A stretch of 63,991 nucleotides of DNA, filler included, from Streblomastix strix (GCA_008636045.1; 3 parts of 3 records of this genome joined end to end with filler, not necessarily neighbours in it), one strand, 5' to 3'. Positions 14,213 through 27,853 are shown, numbered from the whole stretch's first letter. Numbers and translations are program-made. Notes: generated from the sequence alone by a model not told the origin.

Positions 14213-16031
14213 ATGAGTTAATTGTTAAGCTCACCAAGGCGCTGCGTCAACAAAACTATCTAGTAAACTTGCTTCAAAAGTAGTTCATTGAATGTTTGAT
14301 TATGAATTTCATTCATACATATTGAATTTTCATTATTATCGTGATTTTGATTTGATTTTTATTTAGTTTCCGAAAGGAAGAAGTAGGAATATGAATCGAT
14401 AGGTATTAGTAATATTTATTGACTATTGAATGTATTATTTCCAATTTAATTTTAGTCAAACAAAATGCTGATCTGTAAACTCGCATTATAAACCTCAACG
14501 ATAAGATTTTTTTCCTTTCGATTAAAAAATCCAAAGAAGTTTGAATATCTTTTTATGTTTAATTTAACATTATTTTCTCGATTTCCTTATTTTCTTTATT
14601 CAGGATTAGAATTCAGAAGAAAATTCTTTCATAGACCCCTAGATGTTTGGACCTCAAAACATAAACAAAGATATGTCAGGAAGAAAAGCTGCTTTGAAAA
14701 TCAAAAGTTCAGTAAAATTTGCCGAATCCAATTAAATTAGCCAAAGTAAGGATACCAACGAAGATTCTTACAGTTTGAAGTAATCGCTCTAACATAAGTA
14801 AATGCAATCTTTTACAGTAAATTTAGCCAAATAAATTTCAGAATTGAACAACTAAATGAAAGAAAAAGAATCTGAAACAAAAGAGAGTGAAACAAATCAT
14901 AGCAGACAAGATATTGGTAATCTTTCTAATGTGAGTGAAATTTACCCTTCAAACGATGGATAATTGATGAAAATTGATATAGAAGAAAATTAATCTGTTG
15001 ATAACAAAATCAATTCAATAGAAAAAGATGTTGAAACGCATCAAGATAATACTACACAAATTCCTTTACTTGATTCAAGAATGCAGAAAGATGATGAAGA
15101 AAACATGCATTAAGAATAGAATAAAATATTATCACCAACTTAATCTTCTCATAAGTAAGATGAAAAAGAAATTTCATCTATAATATTACTAAGTAAAAAA
15201 CCAAAATAATAACAACAGTAATAATAATCATTATCTCCTTATAATTCTCCTCCAATTGTACTTTCATCTTCTTCTTCTATTTCTCAATTAAAATAGCCAA
15301 ATCTATCAGATTCATCCAATATCAGCTAAATGAACAAAAAAGTTGCTAATAAAACAATGAAAACAAATAAAGTTGCAATCACAAACACAAATACAATAAA
15401 CTCAGAAACAAACACTCGATCATCAAGGAGAGCAGGAGTCATCAGTTATGCTGAACCCAAATTGAATACAAAGTTGAGAAAGGGCGATCCACATACATCA
15501 GGCAAAGAGATGGACTTCACAGACAAGAAGAATAAAGCAAAAGAGAAAGAAAAAGAAACTAAAAAGACTGTTTAAAAGAATCAGAAGGTTAATAAAGGAA
15601 AGAATTTAAATAAAGAACCAGATGTGAACCAAGATACAACAAAGATCAACCTCATTAACGCTAATGATGATAATCAAGACAAAGATATATTCAGTAGGTT
15701 CAATAAGGAGAAGAGCCCACATATGAAACAAATGAAGTAACAACTCTCAGAAACAATAAAGAAATATGAAACGGAATAAAGAGAGAAGAAACTTTAATTG
15801 ATGAGGAGTAAAATATCATTATTAGAATAAGGAGAAGAATTGAAGAATGAGAAAGAAGAGTAAGAATAATAGAAAGAGAATATAGATATGAATAAAGGAT
15901 TATAGGATGAATGTGAAGTGACTGAAGAATTAAATAATTAAGAAATGAAAGATGTATCCAAAGCTAATTAGGATAGATGGAAAATAGCAAACACTACACA
16001 TAGAAGTAAACGCGGAATTAAAAAGATTTGA
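14213..16031 (+). CDS. SGO1: Shugoshin (centromeric cohesin protector)
   Basis: N-terminal coiled coil (KQEYESIVKQNADLQTRIINLNDK) and the C-terminal SGO motif RSSRRAGVISYAEPKLNTKLRKGDP. Three introns; last exon 14604-16031 is open with TAR=Gln and ends in TGA. Start codon uncertain. Confidence 0.8.
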
Positions 16032-16747
16032 TCATCATTTGCTGATACTGTTCTTTACCATTGCACTGACAGATTGATACTACATTTGCTTGAAAAGCTT
16101 TTTTCAGAAGTCAAACACATTTTTTGATTTTTTTTTATTTATTTATTTTCTTTTTCATTCACAAAGTCAAGTTTTTATTCATTTTCTCAAATGTTTTATT
16201 TTATCAGTTGACATAACGTTGATAATTTGAATATTTGTTTATTTATTTTGTATTATCATTGAGCCACCATAACTTATTTTTAACAAATCAGAATAAGAAA
16301 TAACAAATAAAAAGTGAAATAAATTAATAATTTACATTTAATTTGGATGATTTTTTTATTATACTGAGAGGTTGGGAAATGAAAATATAAATTTTTTGAA
16401 TCTAAATGAATAAATTATTCTTATATTCATGAATGTAAACTTGAAACTAAATATATAAAATATATTTATTTGAAAGTGAAATGAAAAAGTAGGTATATTA
16501 AACTAAATATTATTAAAAGATAAATGAAATAAATCAAGGAAGAAGTAAACTTTATCAAAGGAGAGATAATGAAATCTTTCATTGACCGGATCAAATTTTG
16601 ATTGATGTTGTGATAAACAATTTAGTTCTAATTGAAATAAGATTCATCAAAATAAATAAATTGTATAAAATATTATGCTCAATGCATTATTTAAATTTGT
16701 TTATGAATATTTTTATAACTGAAAATTACTTAAGATTTTTTTTTATT

Positions 16748-17894
16748 ATGTTTCATAGGGAGAAACTATCATATGAATTAAAAAATACAGAAATAATATA
16801 ATTGTTAATTGAAAAAAAACGAACTTTTTATAGAATTTAAAATTGTTTGATGGAGTGAAATTTGATCAAATTTCAGTAAAAAGCCAATTTGTTCAAAATA
16901 ATAAAGTAATTAACACTTATCAATATCTATCCTCTTTATAAGAATTTATTTTATCTTAATATCCCTCCTCATCCTGAATTGCCAAAATAAGAAGTTGGTA
17001 AATCTGAAATAGTATAAAGTTAACATCTAGTAGGTTCAACATAATCTTTTACATGGTTAAAAAGGGTTCATGCGTAGAATGAATCAAATATTGAAAAGGA
17101 ATAATTTGAAACAAAAGAAGAGGACTTTTCCAAGATGAAAATTAAACGTAAAATAGATACCTCGGGAAAAAATGTTAAAAACCTCGAACTTAAAAAGAGA
17201 AAAATTGACTCTGTAGATGAGGACGATGAACAGTTAGAATTTGATACTAATATTTAAGGTTTAATATCATATTTTATTTACTTCATAATAATGATTTAAT
17301 TTCATATACAAAAAATATGAATTAAAAGTTGAATCATTGTAGAATAGTGGGAAAGAAAAAGCGGTCAGAGAAATCTAGAGACAGACAATAATTAATTTGA
17401 GAAGTAATAGATTTGAGTTAGATGAAAAAGCGATTCCGTAAGTAATTGCTATATTTACTATAAAAAATCGACCTAGTCTAGCTTAAACATCATCAATTCT
17501 TACAATAGATGTAAATTATAAAAATTCATAATTGATACATTTTTAGATTATATCTAACTTATTATTAATAACAGTCATGTTTGCTCGCATTTCGTGTCAA
17601 GCCAGACGAAAGAGCAAGTGCATTTACTCTTTATTTGGTTTAACTGTTTATTACAAAGAAGTTATCCACTTTCTGAAAATTCCAGGATCGCCTTTTGAAA
17701 CTGCTGGTATTAAATTGTAGTTATATCAAAATGCACTAATTGAAATTAATATTTAAAATTTATTTAAATTTCAGTTTCATTTATATATTCACTTTGATTT
17801 AGTGCGACTGTGTAGCTACATAGAAAGTGCAATTGTTTGCAAGCGAAGAACTATTCTTCATATAACGCATTATTCTCGAATCCTACGAAGATGA
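16748..17894 (+). CDS. Hypothetical spliced protein (5' end uncertain)
   Basis: Exons join in phase through GT-AG introns to TGA 17892; one in-frame TGA at 16856 (CLME*NLIKF). Confidence 0.4.
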
Positions 17895-18587
17895 ACTTGA
17901 AAAAAAATAAAGAAAACACGATTGAAATAAAAAATTATAGATGAAAAGAAAAATTTTTGTATTCAGTAGATTCATTATCCCTACAAACTGCAATTCTTCA
18001 TCACGTATTTTGAACTATTCTATTTTTAATCTTTATAATTTTCCTTTTTAAGAGTGAAATTTCCTTATGTCTATATTAACATCATAACCACTTAATGGTT
18101 AATAAAAAAATATAATTCTATTAATTTTCTTATTTAATTTAAACTTTATTTGAGTTTGTTTTATTAAATTATCTAAAATTGAAACAATTTTCATTAGCTA
18201 AATAACAAACATTAATATAATTACGTTTATTTTCTAATTTCAAATACGAAGAAACACAAATAGAAATAAATAGTAGAACATATAATTTTCTTTCTAAATA
18301 ATTCAATTGAAGGAAAGAAGATTTAATAATAGAAATTACTAGATGAAAATATTAATTAAGAATAATTTCTTAATCGTGTCTCACCTTTTTATAATCAATT
18401 TGGTAAAAAAAATTAAGAGATATTTCATATTTCTTATCGCAAATTTAAAACAAAGTACTAAAAATTTAAGAAAAATATAAAAAATAAATACTATTTATTA
18501 AATTAGATTTAAATAATAATTATAATTAATCTTAAAAAATTGAATAAAATTAAATGTTCAATAAAATATTGCATGCTCGGTGCATTA

Positions 18588-18630
18588 GGGTTAGATATTT
18601 ATCCGGGATTGTTTTTAATTCGGGATTTTT
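18588..18630 (+). repeat. Left TIR of the transposon
   Basis: GGGTTAGATATTTATCCGGGATTGTTTTTAATTCGGGATTTTT, containing two CGGGATT sub-repeats. Confidence 0.95.
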
Positions 18631-18769
18631 ATTCCCACTTTTTATTATATAAAATATAATAAAATAATTGAAATTTTGGTAGATTTTAGTATTTTTCTAA
18701 TTTTTATTTGTTTAAAAACAAATTTGAGATGCTAATATTATTGTGAGGTGATGATTGTTAAATAAACAA

Positions 18770-20259
18770 TCATTAGTCAGTGTATTCGCTGTCACTTCCT
18801 TGGCTTTCTTCCTAGTCTGAGTCTTTTTATAGTTGAGAGCCATTGCTTTTTGCTTCGTTGAATCTATCCCACGAATCTAGAAGTGATTTATCCGTAATAA
18901 CTTTACCGAAGAAGTTGAACCCATTATACTGACGCGGTGGCTTAGATTATACTACAGGTGGTAATATAGGCTGAACTGGGTATTTTCTCCAGACTGCTGG
19001 CCCTGTTTTTGTCAATGAACCGGCTTTCAAAAACGAATTTCGGATACCTTTGGATAACAAACACTTATCTATTGAGTCAGGCAAGGCACGGGCGATCGAT
19101 TTTCGTTATAGAACAATTCCTGTAGCATTAGGAACCTCATATTCACTATTGTACGACTGTTTGAATATCGCGTTTACCCCGCAGTCGAGTGGCTGTTGGA
19201 TTTCAGATGCGTGTGGAGTCAAAGTAAGTACATCAACTTTTGCTGCCGCAAATTTTCTCCAAACTGAAGGGATTGCACGGCTTGAATGAGAGTCTATTAG
19301 CAGTAAGGCACGTGCATTTGGGTTTCCAATTGATACTCTCCTTTTCTTAATCGCTGGTAATAGTACCGTTAGAAAATACTTTTCTGATGTTTCCATGTTC
19401 ATCCAACCAATTTTGTTTGCCCAAACAAAGTATTTATGTCCAATCAAACCTTTCAATTCATCTGGAACATTTGCTAATGGCCATAATATGACGCTTGGTA
19501 TTGAAAATCCGTCGGCAGCGATACCAAGTACTAATGTTGCATTTGCCATACGCTCAGGCGTTTACTTGAAGCCAGGAGTAAGATCTGAAGGGAAAATGAC
19601 AGCGCCATTCCAATCCTCTCTTAATTACAGCGATGTTTCGTCAATGTTGAAAATCAATTCCTCTACATAAGCGTGAGTGTCATGCAAGTACTACAATAGA
19701 TCGTACCATGGATTAAGTACTTATTAGCAAGCGGCTTTCATCCTTTTTATGTCAAGTTTCTTTGGTTTAGCACAGGACAGGTCTGAATTCACTCGTAGAA
19801 AACTGTTAGCAAAAGTCCTGCTCACACTCAAAATAGGTTGATTTGCATCGCGATTTTCATTTAACATGTTTGTTGCCTACGTAAATATTGTTAAAAAAAA
19901 TAATTGAATAAATTTATATATACCATTGAATTTATTTTCGATTTATTCATGCTTGAACCGGAAAGACTCTCCGCTCGCATCACGTCTTTCATAAGTTTAG
20001 TTTTGTCAAGTTTAAGAAGTGGTCGTCTACCTACTTTGCCAATTTTGAAGCCTAAACGATTTGCAAGTACAGCTCGATTCAGCGAACTATGCTTAAATTC
20101 TTTTTCATCGACGACATCAACTTAACGCACGTGTCCATCATTTATTATCTTTGCTGCTCTTTCAATTCTACTAGTTATATGGCGATAGTCCTTTGAAGCC
20201 ATATGCATCTTGAATTTACGCCTACCTGCGTCCTTTTTCAGCTTTGCCTTTTTCACCAT
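18770..20259 (-). CDS. DDE_1 (CENP-B/pogo-like) transposase, DD35D, ~480 aa, one 47-nt intron (19877-19923)
   Basis: Motifs IFNIDET, GWMN, LLIDSHSSR and HASEIQQPLD, with 35 residues between the 2nd and 3rd Asp. Intact when TAR=Gln; ends TAA-TGA. Confidence 0.93.
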
Positions 20260-20279
20260 TTCTAAAAATGGGGCCTTAA

Positions 20280-20322
20280 AAAAATCCCGAATAAAAAACA
20301 ATCCCGGATAAATATCTAACCC
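20280..20322 (-). repeat. Right TIR of the transposon
   Basis: Reverse complement of the left TIR with one mismatch. Confidence 0.95.
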
Positions 20323-20699
20323 TATGACCAAAAAAATATTTAATGCACTTTTTGTCAACGGTGCAAAATTAACTTAACACAAATTTCAACTTTTTTTTAA
20401 TAAAAAAAAAATTCCAAATATTTTTTTCAAATTTAAAATAGCATGGTTTGTTGTGATAAGAATAAACTATTTAATAATTTAATTTTTTAAATTATAATAA
20501 TATTTTTTATATAAATTCTCAATTTTAAATTAATATTTTAAATAATTATTATTTAATAATTTAATTTTTTAAATTATATTAATTTAAAATATATATAATT
20601 ATCTTTTTAGTGTTTATGTTAATTAAATATTAAATTTCATTCATTTCTTTTAAAAAATAAAAAAATACAATTAAATTAAAAGAATTAACAAAAATTAAT

Positions 20700-21063
20700 T
20701 TAATATCACCAAGATTAGTTTTTTTATCCTACTATATCATTCTAATTATCATCAATTTCATCTATTTCTGATTCTAAATCAATTAGTTTCAATTGCTTTG
20801 TTAACTTCTAATATATCCTCATTTCTTCTCTTTTCTTTTTGTCCGCTTCAAGTAGAGCATCTAATAAAGTTTCTTATATTTCAGAGCTTTCTTCTTCGGA
20901 TGATATATAGTTATCCTCTTAATTCAATTCTTATTTTTATGAATCTAATTTGATTAATTTTATATCCTGTTTTAAGAATATATATACCAAATCTTCTCAT
21001 TTAATCTGTTTCTATATAGAATCAGAGTTCAAAGAGTTATTGTTTGATGTATTACGAAAGGAT
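20700..21063 (-). CDS. Exon of an acidic coiled-coil hypothetical protein (limits uncertain)
   Basis: SFRNTSNNNSLNSDSIQKQIK*EDLVYIFLKQDIKL...EESSEIQETLLDALLEADKKKREE; in-frame TGA at 20997-20999. Confidence 0.4.
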
Positions 21064-21872
21064 GTTTTAATAAAATGATAATTAATATATTATTTAATTT
21101 ATATATAAATAGGAATTAATTATTAATACGTTTAATAATATAATATTATATTATTAATATTTATAATAATATACATAATAGATTTTGCTCTTAAGTAGCA
21201 GTAAACACTGGAACAATTTGATTTTATTATAAATTCTTCATTTATCTTAATATACAATTATAATATTTAGCAGTTTTATTTTTTTTTTTTGGAAATAAAA
21301 AATAAAAATATTAAAATGTTCATTGCTACATCACTCGTTTTGATTATTCTTACTATTTAGGTTTAAAATATTGAGGTTCACTCTAATGGTCTTTTGATAT
21401 AATTTAATAGGCCCAGATGCTCTTGAGGCATTCCACAGTACCTCAGCATCACTTACTACTCTTAAAAAAATAATAAATATATGAAAAGATTCGTTATTAT
21501 ATTTTTTAATAATTATTAATATTTTTGCATTTCTTTAAACTATGCAATTTAACTATATAGCGAGACATTAACTCTTTGGTGGGCAGCTACGAACCACAGA
21601 AGAAGTGTGGACATTAATACGTTTTCTTCATACAGGGTGGTGAATAAATCCGTATCACGAACTTTTCTTATCGAATATGTAAATATATATTTATATTTTT
21701 ATATCGTTGAATTACACATTTTATTATGTACATTTTTTAATATAATTATTTTTATCGTATTATAGTTGTTGGTATGCAGCGTTTAGTTTTCCATTTTAAA
21801 TTTCATGAAATTTTGATTGTTTGAATAATATTTACTCGGATAGATTATATTTTAACATATTATATATTTATT

Positions 21873-21972
21873 NNNNNNNNNNNNNNNNNNNNNNNNNNNN
21901 NNNNNNNNNNNNNNNNTTAATTAATTAANNNNNNNNNNNNNNNNNNNNNNNNNNNNNNNNNNNNNNNNNNNN
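21873..21972. other. Artificial contig linker
   Basis: 44 N + TTAATTAATTAA + 44 N. Confidence 0.98.
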
Positions 21973-22265
21973 ATCTTGTTTAATCGCTTGAATTTAGTAG
22001 AGTTCAGGCTATCTTAGTTTCCCATCAAATGTTAACTGTGACTCAAAAGATTTAATCCTAAATCCAGATTTAATCCCATGATATTACCCACTGTAAAACA
22101 ATACTTTCCCTCGTGTGAAATTGAAATAATCAATATTATTGAATATAGGTGTTACATTAGCATCATTTTCATCTCCAAAAGTTGCATTAGCATCAGTAAT
22201 TGAGATTCTTGTTCCTTTTAACTCGGATGAAGATAGTTTATTAAAAGTCCCTCCAAGAATATATA

Positions 22266-22729
22266 CACTAAAGATAATTAATTATTAGGGATAAGAAAAA
22301 ATTCTATAATTCATTATTCATATAATATTCATTTATAGTTATAATGTTAATATATATACATACTCAAGACATAATATATATATATAATAATCAGGTCTCG
22401 AATATGAATAATTAATGAATAATCAAATATTCAATTTTATTAGGTTGATCACTACATCAACATTTATATATATAACAATTTATTGAATTGGATAAATTTT
22501 TTTAAAAAATATTTTTTCTTGTCCCTTATAATTTGTTTCAATAAACGATCAACCTAATAAAATTGAATATTTGATTATTCATTAATTATTCATATTCGAG
22601 ACCTTATTATTATATATATATTATGTCTTGAGTATATATATATATTAACATTATAACTATAAAAGAATATTATATGAATAATGAATTATAGAATTTTTTC
22701 TTATCTTAAATAATTAATTATCTAGAGTG
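22266..22729. mobile_element. 464-bp non-autonomous foldback element/MITE with ~185-bp imperfect TIRs and TA target duplication
   Basis: Arms 22266-22450 and 22547-22729 are reverse complements with several mismatches around a 96-bp spacer. Termini are TA|CACT...AGTG|TA. Confidence 0.88.
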
Positions 22730-23138
22730 TATAGTACCTCTTAAGATATCGAATAAGTTAAAACCAGTCATTGTCGGTTTTTAGTTTCTACCTATTGTTG
22801 CCATAGCATCTGTTGCTTTTACCATTCCATGTTTTATACTTTTATATGTGAAGATACCTTCGAATATATTCAGATTACCTTATATGACATCAAGTCCCCA
22901 AGCAGCTTTAAATATTGATGTTGAGTTTTCACCAAATGTTACAGTTGCATTAGTTGCTGTTATCATTGCAAGCTCTGTGCTATTCTATATAAAAGTACCA
23001 CCTTATATATTCATTATCCCTTCACTGATATTAAATACATTAGAAGTAGTGAAAATAGCAGTGGCTCTTTTTACTATGGTTATGAATGTTCCATATGTGG
23101 TTATTAAGGCTTAATCAGTGCTATTAGCTTTGATATTA

Positions 23139-24862
23139 CCACTGACTATATTCAATTCTCCAGAACTCATATTCAATATCCACCGATCTTCAATATTCAA
23201 CTCATCAATAAGAGAAGCTCTCCCAATTACTACAGTAGAGTCAAATGTCTATATAAGTGCTTTTAAAGGATCTTCAGGGGAGTAGGTAAAACTAGTAAAT
23301 ATGTTCAGAGTACTGTGATCATTGCATATGATCTAGTCAATGTTTGTGAAGGATACGTTTGAAATGGTGTTCTCAATAGTAATAATACCTGACTCTGATG
23401 CTAAGATAAAGAACTTTCTATTAATATCTTTTGAAAGATTTCCGCCTTCAAAAATCAACTATCCTCCTACTGCATTAAAGTCTACATACAAGAAAGAGCG
23501 ATTTTCATGATTTTCACTAATTGTAACTTTTGATGAATTTGTTGCTTTGATTTATCCATATACTGATCCTCTTTAAATGCCAGTGAAATTGCCATAATCG
23601 ATATTTGATGTACCTCCACCGAATTATAGGAATTCAAGATCAACAAAAGTTGGATATGAATCGTTTGTTCCAATTACTGTAGCAGCATTATTAATTATCA
23701 TCTATACGCCATATTAGTTTTAATCAGGGAGTTGTTAGAAAGTACTTCGGAGGAATGTAATCTTCGTCTAAGCATCTGTATTTAAGACTTCTAATATCTT
23801 TACACCAATGAATATGGGTGTACTACCGCCTCCAATTGTTATATTTGTATCTTAAGAGGTAATTATTGCACCTTATTACGAACCTGTGAATGTACCACCT
23901 TATATATTTAATATCCCTTTTGTAATATCAAAAACATTAGAACCAGTGAAAGTGCCACCTTATATATCTAATACCCCTTTTGTAATATCAAAAACTTTAG
24001 AAGCGGTGAAATTGGCTGTGGACCCTTCTCCTATGATTATATATGTATCAGATGTGGTTATCAAAGCAATATTTGGATCAGTTCCTACTATATTACCACT
24101 GACTACATTCAATTCTCCAGAGCTCATATTCACAATCCTTTTAAAGGTGAAATTATTTTATTGAGAAGCTCTCCCAATTACTACAGTAGAGTTATATGTT
24201 TGTATAAGTGCTTATGAAGGATCTTCAGGTGAGTAGGTAAATACAGTAAATATGTTCAGAAAACTTTTATCGTTACATATGATCGATTCAATGTTAGTGA
24301 ACTTTGGACCTGAAATGTTGTTCTCAATAGTAATAATACCTGATTCTGATGCTAAGATAAAGAACTTTCTACTTATATCTCTTGAAAGATTTCCGCCTTC
24401 AAAAATCAACTATCCTCCAACGGCATTAAAGTCTACATACAAGAAAGAGCGATTTTCATGGTCTTCACTAATTGTAACTTCTGACGAATCTGTAGCTCTG
24501 ATTTATCCATATACTGATTCTCTTTAAATGCCAGTAAAATTACCATAATCGATATTTGATGTACCTCCACTGAATTATATGTATTCAAGATCAACAAAAG
24601 TTGGATACGAATCGTTTGTTCCAATTACTGTTGCAGTATTATTAATTATGATCTGTACGCCGTTTGAATCTTAATCAGGAAGGGGTTAGAAAGTACTTCG
24701 GAGGAATGAAATCCTTATCAAAGGATTTGTATTTGTAACTTCTAGTATCTTTACACCATAGAATATGGTTGTACTATCGCTTCCTCCAATTGTTATTTCG
24801 GTATCCGAAGAAGTAATCAAAGTATCTTATGAAGAACCAGTGAAAGTGCCACCTTATATATT
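23139..24862 (-). repeat. Intragenic duplication, period ~957 bp (23139-23910 vs 24096-24862)
   Basis: Near-identical blocks; ORF-track 23482-23673 mirrors 24433-24624. Confidence 0.9.
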
Positions 24863-26278
24863 AAATGAACTAGCATTCGTTTCAAGAATCTTTGAAGCTG
24901 TAAATGTTCCAGATCAAATACTCACTTAAGTATTTGACATCATAAACAGATAATTTTCTGATGAAAAAGGAGGTCCTGTGTAGAATCCACTGATGATGGT
25001 CATTTATCTCCCAGAGAAGTTAATCAGACCCTGACCTGTGCTGTCATTTAGATTAACATCAAGTTACAGAATGAGGCTAGTTCCACTTAATACTAACATT
25101 GGTCCAGATGCCACTTCACTTTTGATTGTATATTCAATTCCTGATATTGCCTTTGACCCAGCAAGATTTAGTTATGAAATTTGGTTGGAAACAGAGAAAT
25201 TAGCTCCTATTGAAAGTGATGGTTAACCAATACTAAGGCTAGTCCTAAGTGTATCCTCAGATGTAATCTATGCTCGAACCACGCTGCACAGAACTGTAAG
25301 CAAGACGAAAATGGCAAGATATTTCATAACTGCAAAAAATATATAGTTTTAAAAGATAAATAAAAGAAATGATTTACGTGAAACGAAATAAAATAATGTT
25401 AAATATTTAAATTCGTTAATATGTTGTTTAATAAGATTGATAGGATAAGTTAATCGGTACTATTATGCATCTCTAGTAGAATTTATTTAAGTATTGTGTA
25501 TGGTTAATGTTTTATTGGATATATGTAAAAGAAATAATTAAAAATTAATAAAAATTAATTATTTTAGAAATTATGCAAGTTTTAAAATAAAAATGAGTAT
25601 TTTAAAGTTAATAATCTTGAAAATAATGTAAAATGTAGATTAAATAAAACAATAATGGGTATCAAATATCAGTTGATGAAGAAAATAGGCTTATTTTCAA
25701 AATATAAAATAAATAATTACAAAATAAATAAAATTAAGTATATGAATATATACGAAATAGATTTAATTTATATAATGAAACACTTAAAATTTATAACAAT
25801 TACTTTTAAACTGTTTATTATTCTACTTTTTGCTAAAAATGAAGTTTAAATTAAATATTTTTATGCAGTGCTTTGAGAGGTGTAATTGAAATTAATATTG
25901 ATATATTTTGCATTAGTATGTATCAGATATTATTCTTGTATAAATTTTCACGTCGTTTGATCGCAAAATAATTTAGTTATAAAATAAAAAACTTTAAGTG
26001 AATTGATAACTCTACATCCAGCTCCTAATCACTGAAATATTCAATGCAAATTTATTCAATTTTTTTTGTAGCTTTTTTAATTTTTATATTTTTTGTGTTA
26101 TCACTGATGTGATTGAGCTTTTGAATTATTAATTTTGAATTTTGTTACTTTTTTGCGAAATATTGGAATTAATATCCATTTTATTCATTCGTATCTTTTA
26201 TTATTCTAATGTTAGAACTTTTCAAATCTCAATCATAAACAGCACTTTTGTCAAACAGCAGAATATAGTGGCAATTCT

Positions 26279-27853
26279 TCATTAATAATCAGTTGCAGCA
26301 ATCAGATTGAAAGTTTGTGCAACATCATCCATTGTTTTTCAACACTAACTCGACCTTCCCCACGAATTAATAGTTTGAGTGCGTTTTCATCTGCTCCACC
26401 AAACACTACAGCATCAATTCGAACTTTCATTTGATGAATCCAGTTCGCCGAGCCTGTAAAATCACCGCCGTTATTTCCACCATCAGTGAAGAAGACTACT
26501 TTACACTCATATTCTGGTGGATTCCTCTAAGCAATTTGAACAGCTGATTAAAGAGCTAAGTTGAAAAAAGTATTTTATCCATAATAGCCTTCATTGTTTG
26601 CCAATCTTCTCTTTTACTTTTCATTGATTATCTAGGCTGTATTTTAGAATGAAATTATAGACATTATTCCATTGTTTTGAGTTTAGATATCTATATTTCC
26701 TTTTGCAGCTTCAATTAGCTTTTGATAAGGTTAACCTCCCATAGATCCAGATCCATCAAGCATCAAAATAGAATAGCGAGGATGTATAATAACAGGTTTT
26801 GTCCCAAATCCATTAAATGTTGGAACAGAATAATGCTTTGTAAGAGCTGGTGTTGTTGTAAGAATTTCCGATCCACTTGTTCTGTGAGCATAAAATCTTT
26901 CTTCATATCTCGTAAGCCAACATGTAATAGAAACAACCAATCTTCCCGATCCTTTTTCATCTTCTCCAAACTCTGAGAATGCAGATGTGAATCCTCCAAG
27001 AAGAACAATTGGACCTGGTGATAGAGTTGATCCTTAACACGTCTCACTACAATATGAAGCTTCTGATTCCTTTGAAATCTTTGGATCAAAGAATTGAATG
27101 AATGGATGCAGTGGATCTACATTCTCTGATGTCCACGCAAATGCAGTAAATGGCCAGAGTTATTCTGCAGTTGTTAGTGGACGCACTTTTTCATCGACTG
27201 CAAATGAGATTGTGTTGCCTTCTGAGAATTTAATAAGACCAAGTCGAAGAGAGATTCTTTTCTTTGATGGCCCTGGAGCTTCTAAATGAACTTTAGGACT
27301 GAAAGAGCTATGAGTGATATTTTCACTTGGTGCAACTTTGATCTAATTCTTTCCAAGATAATTTTCTCCAAAACGAACAACAGAAACACCATTTCTACCT
27401 TCATGCGTGAAATTGAAGTGGTTTTACAGAAGGTGGTTTGGTTCAAAGTTGTAAGGATGATTATCACAGAACAAAAATAGACCACCGCCATTTTTCCAGA
27501 ATTCAACCGTAGCTTCAAGGAAAGGAGCAACTTTATTTATATCTTTATCTAAAGCTTCGTCTGGAAGTTCTCCATCTCCTTCAGATGAGAATAACCACAA
27601 CTGAGAATAAGGGCATCTCTCTTTATCTACTCTCTATAATTCTTTCAATCCATCTCCATATGAACACACAAATGAATATGTGAAGCCTTTCTTCTTCAGA
27701 ACTGCTCCAATATATAAGCAAACAACGAGAATTCGAAATCCATTGAATGAATTATCATCACATAATTAGAACGAACATAAATTAAAAGCTGGAAAAAAAG
27801 CAGGTGTTATTCTGGAATCCTTTTCTAATTTGAGTAAAACTGAGATGTAGAAT
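26279..27853 (-). CDS. von Willebrand factor A domain protein (C-terminal vWA); 5' part probably extends to ~28150
   Basis: ...EFWKNGGGLFLFCDNHPYNFE...SILMLDGSGSMGG (MIDAS DxSxS)...VVFFTDG...IAATDYQ-TGA. In-frame TGA at 26339-26341, 20 codons before the end. Confidence 0.75.

Larger units (their letters stand above)
18588..20322 (-). mobile_element. Full-length pogo/Fot1-type (Tc1/mariner superfamily) DNA transposon
   Basis: 43-bp TIRs (18588-18630 and 20280-20322, 42/43 identical), TA on both flanks (18586-87, 20323-24), and an internal transposase gene. Confidence 0.95.
21973..25327 (-). pseudogene. Secreted/surface repeat protein (beta-helix-like), interrupted by a MITE and truncated by the contig end
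   Basis: Signal peptide MKYLAIFVLLTVLCSVVRA and recurring xNIxGGTFTG units, with no introns seen. In-frame TGA at 24914-24916. The frame resumes exactly after removing the MITE and one TA. Confidence 0.7.

Noticed and set aside
20468..20580. Short AT-only direct repeat beside the transposon
   Set aside because: Low complexity and outside the TIR/TSD boundaries.
21316..21800. Possible small spliced secreted-protein gene
   Set aside because: I could not join the exons in a consistent frame.
21917..21928. TTAATTAATTAA palindrome (also 43881-43892)
   Set aside because: It is an artificial six-frame-stop linker, so adjacency across it has no biological meaning.
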